The position numbers and the translations under genes are program-made. Under the pieces are notes generated by a model. It searched no databases. It saw nothing but the letters and a program-made list of their open reading frames with translations, and had not been told where the DNA came from. From a virus (taxonomy: Duplodnaviria > Heunggongvirae > Uroviricota > Caudoviricetes), in IMG/VR virus record IMGVR_UViG_2541047882_000005: a stretch of DNA of 27,202 nt. One strand, written 5' to 3'. Within the stretch, counting starts at the first letter, position 1. Every line of letters begins with the position of its first letter. Positions 20,517 to 27,202 of the stretch are shown here, piece by piece.

Positions 20517-20951
20517 GTGTTCGACGGTGAGCTGAGTTTTGCCCTGAAACTGGCGCGCGAGATGGGGCGACCCGACTGGCGCGCCATGCTTGCCGGGATG
20601 TCATCCACGGAGTATGCCGACTGGCACCGCTTTTACAGTACCCATTATTTTCATGATGTTCTGCTGGATATGCACTTTTCCGGGCTGACGTACACCGTAC
20701 TCAGCCTGTTTTTCAGCGATCCGGATATGCATCCGCTGGATTTCAGTCTGCTGAACCGGCGCGAGGCTGACGAAGAGCCTGAAGATGATGTGCTGATGCA
20801 GAAAGCGGCAGGGCTTGCCGGAGGCGTCCGCTTTGGCCCGGATGTGAATGAAGTTATCCCCGTTTCCCCGGATGTGGCGGACATGACGGAGGATGACGTA
20901 ATGCTGATGACAGTATCAGAAGGGATCGCAGGAGGAGTCCGGTATGGCTGA
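20517..20951 (+). CDS. Tail assembly chaperone T reading frame (reached from G by -1 frameshift)
   Basis: Slippery heptamer GGGAAAG at 20511-20517 near the end of G; downstream -1 frame is open for 144 codons ending next to the H start. Confidence 0.6.
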   Translation: MFDGELSFALKLAREMGRPDWRAMLAGMSSTEYADWHRFYSTHYFHDVLLDMHFSGLTYTVLSLFFSDPDMHPLDFSLLNRREADEEPEDDVLMQKAAGLAGGVRFGPDVNEVIPVSPDVADMTEDDVMLMTVSEGIAGGVRYG

Positions 20952-21204
20952 ACCGGTAGGCGATCTGGTCGTTGATTTAAGTCTGGATGCGGCCAGATTT
21001 GACGAGCAGATGGCCAGAGTCAGGCGTCATTTTTCCGGTACGGAAAGTGATGCGAAAAAAACAGCGGCAGTCGTTGAACAGTCGCTGAGGGGAATACCAA
21101 CATCTCCGGTGTCACGGTGGTGTTCCGTGCCGGTGAGCAGGAGCAGACACCGCCGGAGGGGTTTGAATCCTCCGGCTCCGAGACGGTGCTGGGTACGGAA
21201 GTGA
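20944..21204 (+). pseudogene. Tape-measure protein H, N-terminal about 48 codons only
   Basis: MAEPVGDLVVDLSLDAARFDEQMARVRRHFSGTESDAKKTAAVVEQSL matches lambda gpH start; after about 21089 the DNA is J sequence in another frame. Confidence 0.75.
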
Positions 21205-23045
21205 AATATGACACGCCGATCACCCGCACCATTACGTCTGCAAACATCGACCGTCTGCGCTTTACCTTCGGTGTGCAGGCACTGGTGGAAACCACCTCAA
21301 AGGGGGACAGGAATCCGTCGGAAGTTCGCCTGCTGGTTCAGATACAACGTAACGGTGGCTGGGTGACGGAAAAAGACATCACCATTAAGGGCAAAACCAC
21401 CTCGCAGTATCTGGCCTCGGTAGTGGTGGATAATCTGCCGCCGCGCCCGTTCAACATCCGGATGCGCAGGATGACGCCGGACAGCACCACAGACCAGCTG
21501 CAGAACAAAACGCTCTGGTCGTCATACACCGAAATCATCGATGTGAAACAGTGCTACCCGAACACGGCACTGGTCGGCGTACAGGTGGATTCGGAGCAGT
21601 TCGGCAGCCAGCAGGTGAGCCGTAATTATCATCTTCGCGGGCGTATTCTGCAGGTGCCGTCGAACTATAACCCGCAGACGCGGCAATACAGCGGTATCTG
21701 GGACGGAACGTTTAAGCCAGCATACAGCAACAACATGGCCTGGTGTCTGTGGGATATGCTGACCCACCCGCGCTACGGCATGGGTAAACGTCTTGGTGCG
21801 GCAGATGTGGATAAATGGGCGCTGTATGTCATCGGCCAGTGTTGCGACCAGTCGGTGCCGGACGGTTTTGGCGGCACGGAGCCGCGCATCACCTGTAATG
21901 CCTGGCTGACCACACAGCGTAAGGCGTGGGATGTTCTCAGTGATTTCTGCTCGGCGATGCGCTGTATGCCGGTATGGAACGGGCAGACGCTGACGTTCGT
22001 GCAGGACCGACCATCAGATAAGGTGTGGACCTATAACCGCAGTAATGTGGTGATGCCGGATGATGGCGCGCCGTTCCGCTACAGCTTCAGCGCCCTGAAG
22101 GACCGCCATAATGCCGTTGAGGTGAACTGGATTGACCCGGATAACGGCTGGGAGACGGCGACAGAGCTTGTGGAGGACACGCAGGCCATTGCCCGTTACG
22201 GTCGTAACGTCACGAAGATGGATGCCTTTGGCTGTACCAGGCGGGGGCAGGCGCACCGAGCCGGGCTGTGGCTGATTAAAACGGAACTGCTGGAAACGCA
22301 GACCGTGGACTTCAGCGTGGGTGCCGAAGGGCTTCGCCATGTACCAGGTGATGTCATTGAAATCTGTGATGATGACTATGCGGGGATCAGCATCGGCGGG
22401 CGCGTGCTGGCGGTGAACAGCCAGACGCGGACACTGACGCTCGACCGTGAAATCACGCTGCCATCCTCCGGCACCACGCTGATAAGCCTGGTTGACGGGC
22501 AGGGTAATCCGGTGAGCGTGGAGGTCCAGTCCGTCACCGACGGCGTGAAGGTGAAAGTGAGCCGGGTTCCTGACGGCGTTGCCGAGTACAGCGTGTGGGG
22601 GCTGAAGCTGCCGACGCTGCGTCAGCGCCTGTTCCGCTGTGTGAGTATCCGTGAGAACGATGACGGTACGTATGCCATCACTGCCGTGCAGCATGTACCG
22701 GAGAAAGAAGCCATCGTGGATAACGGGGCGCACTTTGACGGTGACCAGAGCGGCACGGTGAATGGTGTCACGCCGCCAGCAGTTCAGCACCTGACCGCAG
22801 AAGTCACCGCAGACAGCGGGGAATACCAGGTGCTGGCGCGCTGGGACACGCCGAAGGTGGTGAAGGGGGTGAGCTTTATGCTTCGCCTGACCGTGGCAGC
22901 GGACGACGGCAGTGAGCGGTTGGTCAGCACGGCCCGGACGACGGAAACCACATATCGCTTCACGCAGCTGGCGCTGGGAAATTACAGGCTGACAGTCCGG
23001 GCGGTAAATGCATGGGGACAGCCGGTGCACATACCCATTCGATGA
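21117..23045 (+). pseudogene. Internal fragment of tail-tip / host-specificity protein J (about residues 60-755 of lambda J)
   Basis: ..VFRAGEQEQTPPEGFESSGSETVLGTEVKYDTPITRTITSANIDRLRFTFGVQ.. through ..[11 protein letters not shown]; lacks the J N-terminus and receptor-binding C-terminus; reading frame starts at GTG and is out of frame with H'. Confidence 0.85.
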
Positions 23046-23320
23046 CATTTGTTTCAGGTGGTTCCAGTGGTGCTCCGGGAAGTGGATCACCTGATTATTC
23101 TAAATACAGTGTTAACACTTCTTCTGCAGGCGCTCATACGCACTCTGTATCGGGTACTGCTGCAAGCGCAGGTGCACACGCACATACTGTCGGTATTGGT
23201 GCTCATACGCACTCCGTTGCGATTGGTTCACATGGACATACCATCACCGTTAACGCTGCTGGTAACGCGGAAAACACCGTCAAAAACATCGCATTTAACT
23301 ATATTGTGAGGCTTGCGTAA
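23012..23320 (+). pseudogene. C-terminal fragment of side tail fibre (Stf)
   Basis: His-rich repeats ([27 protein letters not shown]) and terminal ..[15 protein letters not shown], the conserved tail-fibre C-terminus; fused to J' at about 23019. Confidence 0.75.
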
Positions 23321-23895
23321 TGGCATTCAGAATGAGTGAACAACCACGGACCATAAAAATTTATAATCTGCTGGCCGGAACTAATGAATTTATTGGTGAA
23401 GGTGACGCATATATTCCGCCTCATACAGGTCTGCCAGCAAACAGTACCGATATTGCACCGCCAGATATTCCGGCAGGCTTCGTGGCTGTTTTCAACAGTG
23501 ATGAGGCATCGTGGCATCTCGTTGAAGATCATCGGGGTAAAACGGTTTATGACGTGGCTTCCGGCGACGCGTTATTTATTTCTGAACTCGGTCCGTTACC
23601 GGAAAATGTTACCTGGTTATCGCCGGGAGGGGAATATCAGAAGTGGAACGGCACAGCCTGGGTGAAGGATACGGAAGCAGAAAAACTGTTCCGGATCCGG
23701 GAGGCGGAAGAAACAAAAAACAGCCTGATGCAGATAGCCAGTGAGCATATAGCGCCGCTTCAGGATGCTGTGGATCTGGAGATCGCAACGGAGGAAGAAA
23801 CCTTGTTGCTGGAAGCCTGGAAAAAGTATCGGGTGTTGCTGAACCGTGTTGATACATCAACTGCACCGGATATTGAATGGCCAGCACTGCCGTAG
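23320..23895 (+). CDS. tfa: Tail fibre assembly protein Tfa
   Basis: 191 aa, [54 protein letters not shown].., matches lambda Tfa; start overlaps stf stop. Confidence 0.85.
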   Translation: MAFRMSEQPRTIKIYNLLAGTNEFIGEGDAYIPPHTGLPANSTDIAPPDIPAGFVAVFNSDEASWHLVEDHRGKTVYDVASGDALFISELGPLPENVTWLSPGGEYQKWNGTAWVKDTEAEKLFRIREAEETKNSLMQIASEHIAPLQDAVDLEIATEEETLLLEAWKKYRVLLNRVDTSTAPDIEWPALP

Positions 23896-23992
23896 GGTAA
23901 AACATATAAATTCTATAATTAGATGTATCTCTCCATTTACGGCAAGGAAGGGGGCTTGGAAGACGTAAAGCATCTCACACCGAGATTATTTT

Positions 23993-24583
23993 TTATATGT
24001 CAGGTGTCTGAAGTTTTGCTTTGGCTCTTAAAATGGTTTGCCGCGAGGTTTTGAATTCCCGGGCAATGGCACTTATACTTACACCTGACTTAATTCGTTC
24101 GAATACCACCTGTTTCTGTTCTTCATTTAACACAGGTGGTCGACCAAAACGTTTCCCTGCGCCGCGGGCTCTTACTATCCCGGAATGAGTGCGTTCAAGT
24201 AAAAGGTCTCGTTCAAATTCAGCGACTGCTGAAATTACGTGCATCATCATTTTTCCTGTTGGACTGGTCAGGTCAATGCCCCCCAATGCTAAGCAATGCA
24301 CTCTGATACCTGTTTCGGTCAGTTGTTCCACTGTTTTCCTGATATCCATTGCATTACAACCAAGGCGATCCAGTTTTGTCACAATCAATTGATCACCACA
24401 TTTCAGGCGAGCAAGCAACCGGTTAAAACCAGGACGCTCACTGGTTGCTGCTGAGCCGCTAATGTGTTCTTCGATTATTTGCTGAGGTTTGATTTTAAAA
24501 CCTGCACTTTCGATTTCCCGGCGTTGATTTTCGGTGGTCTGATCCAGCGTTGATATCCGACAGTAAGCAAAAATTCGAGACAT
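23993..24583 (-). CDS. pin: Serine recombinase DNA invertase (Pin/Gin/Hin family)
   Basis: 196 aa, [20 protein letters not shown].. with catalytic Ser in the conserved N-terminal motif and C-terminal HTH; adjacent to tfa as in invertible tail-fibre cassettes. Confidence 0.9.
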   Translation of the reverse strand: MSRIFAYCRISTLDQTTENQRREIESAGFKIKPQQIIEEHISGSAATSERPGFNRLLARLKCGDQLIVTKLDRLGCNAMDIRKTVEQLTETGIRVHCLALGGIDLTSPTGKMMMHVISAVAEFERDLLLERTHSGIVRARGAGKRFGRPPVLNEEQKQVVFERIKSGVSISAIAREFKTSRQTILRAKAKLQTPDI

Positions 24584-24899
24584 AGTGAGACTCTATACGA
24601 AATTGGTGTTCATATCATAATGCATCTCAGAAAATAATTTTGATTATTTTTGTGCATATTTGTATGTACACGTTCGAAAATAAACGAATGCGTATGCAAC
24701 CCCGTAACTTTGGTGAGACCCAAAATCGATTTTGTGAAAAATGGCTTTAACTCGGTTTGTTTTTCGAGTTCCGGGCGGACTCAAGGAAGAAGAATAGTGT
24801 TGCGTGTTATTTTAACCAGATTTCAAGTTGTTTGGTCGTGGAAAAGTGGAGCAAAATGTTGTTAAAGTGGAAAAATGATAAAAAAGTAAGTTTATTATA

Positions 24900-25133
24900 T
24901 TACATTTTACCATTTAAATTTTGGTTGTCTTTAAGAACTGATATCGCTGTTTGTAATAATTCTTTGTTATCCAGCCATGATTTTTTCTTTATGTTTCCTT
25001 CAATGTAATCAAGCAATGTTCTGGTATTGATAGGTCTTCCCTGTTTTGCTACTTCCACTACAGCATCCCCTAGGATAATTCTGACTTCAGGAAGCTGCGC
25101 AGGGAACCACTTTAGGGTGTCTTTTGATTTCAT
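24900..25133 (-). CDS. ydfK: YdfK/YnaE-family prophage protein
   Basis: 77 aa from internal Met: MKSKDTLKWFPAQLPEVRIILGDAVVEVAKQGRPINTRTLLDYIEGNIKKK.. Confidence 0.65.
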   Translation of the reverse strand: MKSKDTLKWFPAQLPEVRIILGDAVVEVAKQGRPINTRTLLDYIEGNIKKKSWLDNKELLQTAISVLKDNQNLNGKM

Positions 25134-25918
25134 GAATATATTCCTTAAAATATTATTGATTTTCATTGCGATATTGTATGTCTGATTCAGGATATGTTGA
25201 CTTATACATCGGTTTTGTCTGGGTTATTGGATATGCCAATCCCTAATTTTATTAGAGCATGACTAAAAATGCTGAATATGATAAGGAGCGAAGTGATTAT
25301 CAGTATGCTGTTCATATAGCCTCGAATTAGTAATGTGTTATATATGATATAGTTGACAATTTTTATCCTGGGTGTTCTTAAAGTTCGTAGATAAACATTG
25401 TCGTTTCAGGTATACAGGAATGCTAACAGATGGCGGCAAAAATCAGGCGGTTTATGGCGCAAGCTGAAGTGGCAACTGCAAACTATCTTATGCAGAGACT
25501 CTACACGGATTGGGTTTAAAAGTATACATAGATAACAGTTTTTATCTGAAGAAGAAAAATATCAAGGTGATATAGCCTATATGCCTTTGATGTGGAGGAA
25601 TGAATGTGATGGGAGTGATGTATCTGAATAGTTGAAAAACCGCAGACACGCCTTATGCAAGAACGTGCTGCGGTTGGCTGGTAAATTTTTCGATAGTGCG
25701 AGTATTGAATGATTTCCAGCCGTTATTGATTTTACGCGTAACTCCATGAAAAAACTACTTATCTGTTGAGGAGTTTTTTTGGGGCATATATGGGACAGAA
25801 ATGGGCCCCAGATAGACACTGAGATCGAACTTAGGATGCTTTTTAAAAAATGCAACTATCTGAAAAAACCTAGAAAACGCCAAGGAAACCACAGGATGGG
25901 AAAAAACACCTGTGAATT

Positions 25919-27202
25919 ATGGATTTCCAGTTATATTCGCTCGGCGCAGCGTTAGTGTTTCATGAAATATTTTTTCCTGAATCATCAACGGCAATGGCGT
26001 TAATTCTGGCAATGGGAACCTACGGTGCAGGTTATGTGGCGCGTATTGTCGGAGCATTTATTTTCGGCAAAATGGGCGACAGAATAGGGCGTAAAAAAGT
26101 GCTCTTTATTACCATCACCATGATGGGGATCTGTACCACCTTAATTGGTGTGTTACCGACCTATGCACAGATTGGTGTTTTTGCACCCATCTTGCTGGTG
26201 ACGTTGCGTATTATTCAGGGGTTGGGTGCAGGTGCGGAAATTTCCGGTGCCGGTACGATGCTGGCGGAATATGCGCCAAAAGGTAAGCGCGGAATTATCT
26301 CCTCATTTGTGGCTATGGGAACTAACTGCGGAACCTTGAGCGCAACGGCAATCTGGGCCTTTATGTTCTTCATTCTCAGTAAAGAGGAACTGCTGGCGTG
26401 GGGATGGCGTATACCGTTCCTGGCGAGTGTTGTCGTGATGGTCTTTGCTATCTGGTTGCGTATGAATCTGAAAGAAAGCCCGGTCTTTGAGAAGGTTAAC
26501 GACAGTAACCAACCGACAGCAAAACCTGCACCTGCTGGTAGCATGTTCCAGAGCAAATCCTTCTGGCTGGCAACAGGGCTGCGTTTTGGTCAGGCGGGTA
26601 ACTCCGGGTTAATTCAGACTTTCCTTGCAGGCTATTTAGTGCAGACGTTATTGTTTAACAAAGCAATTCCAACAGATGCATTGATGATCAGTTCGATTCT
26701 CGGCTTTATGACCATTCCGTTCCTTGGTTGGTTATCCGATAAAATTGGTCGCCGGATCCCGTATATTATTATGAATACCTCCGCGATTGTGCTGGCATGG
26801 CCAATGCTTTCTATCATTGTAGATAAAAGCTATGCCCCGAGCACCATTATGGTTGCACTGATTGTGATTCATAACTGTGCGGTGCTGGGATTATTTGCTC
26901 TGGAAAACATTACCATGGCAGAAATGTTCGGCTGTAAAAACCGCTTTACCCGGATGGCTATTTCTAAAGAAATTGGTGGTCTTATCGCTTCCGGTTTTGG
27001 TCCTATCCTGGCGGGTATTTTCTGCACCATGACGGAATCCTGGTATCCGATCGCCATTATGATCATGGCATATTCAGTGATTGGTTTAATCTCTGCGCTG
27101 AAAATGCCAGAGGTGAAAGACCGTGATTTAAGTGCGCTGGAAGACGCTGCGGAAGATCAACCGCGTGTTGTAAGAGCTGCGCAACCTTCCAGAAGTCTGT
27201 AA
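25919..27202 (+). CDS. ydfJ: MFS (metabolite:H+ symporter family) transporter, 5'-truncated by the prophage
   Basis: 427-aa ORF with 10-12 TM helices and MFS signature GKMGDRIGRKK; by comparison with MHS family members the ORF begins inside TM1 (starts at ..DFQLYSLGAALVF), with an in-frame stop 9 nt upstream. Confidence 0.85.
   Translation: MDFQLYSLGAALVFHEIFFPESSTAMALILAMGTYGAGYVARIVGAFIFGKMGDRIGRKKVLFITITMMGICTTLIGVLPTYAQIGVFAPILLVTLRIIQGLGAGAEISGAGTMLAEYAPKGKRGIISSFVAMGTNCGTLSATAIWAFMFFILSKEELLAWGWRIPFLASVVVMVFAIWLRMNLKESPVFEKVNDSNQPTAKPAPAGSMFQSKSFWLATGLRFGQAGNSGLIQTFLAGYLVQTLLFNKAIPTDALMISSILGFMTIPFLGWLSDKIGRRIPYIIMNTSAIVLAWPMLSIIVDKSYAPSTIMVALIVIHNCAVLGLFALENITMAEMFGCKNRFTRMAISKEIGGLIASGFGPILAGIFCTMTESWYPIAIMIMAYSVIGLISALKMPEVKDRDLSALEDAAEDQPRVVRAAQPSRSL

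Noticed and set aside
22014-23090. 358-aa minus-strand ORF
   Set aside because: Antisense to the J' fragment, Arg/His/Pro-rich composition typical of a wrong-frame read of GC-rich coding DNA.
23895-24000. Possible gix-like crossover site downstream of tfa (TCTCCATTTACGGCAAGGAA)
   Set aside because: Only loose resemblance to the TTCCTGTAAACC half-site; no matching partner found.
24650-25008. Two mutually overlapping plus-strand ORFs between pin and ydfK
   Set aside because: Overlap each other and ydfK in AT-rich sequence, no SD; more likely the pin promoter region.
25577-25855. 92-aa minus-strand ORF near the host junction
   Set aside because: Ser/Leu-rich low-complexity translation, no RBS, lies in the junction spacer.

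Overview
The window is almost entirely a degraded, mosaic lambdoid prophage (gene order resembles the E. coli Qin cryptic prophage family) inserted into an MFS-transporter gene (ydfJ-like, 5'-truncated at about 25919). All calls rest on reading the six-frame translations and the DNA by eye and on recalled protein/phage sequences; no searches or alignments were run. Left to right: an integration/recombination module on the minus strand (tyrosine integrase, excisionase-like ORF, RecE-like exonuclease with a DnaQ-type DEDDh C-terminal domain); an accessory stretch with a truncated SAM-methyltransferase ORF, decayed short ORFs, a small two-helix membrane ORF and an inserted DDE-transposase IS element; flxA with a near-consensus sigma-28 promoter; the relB-relE-hokD toxin-antitoxin operon; rem, ydfU, antiterminator Q with a late promoter and terminator; cspF and cspB; a pinholin / SAR-endolysin / Rz-Rz1 lysis cassette; cspI, a frameshifted gnsB-like gene, ydfO, ynfO; then about 6 kb of near-lambda DNA beginning with an apparently intact cos site, in which the morphogenesis genes are reduced by at least five internal deletions to Nu1', A', W, B', C'-G', T, H', J', stf' and tfa; then the pin invertase, ydfK and the host junction. 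I did not find CRISPR arrays, tRNAs or rRNAs. I could not identify a single clear-cut novel system; the best candidates are the cos plus near-complete Nu1 remnant (possible helper-dependent packaging or interference) and the unexplained accessory stretch at 3616-5900.
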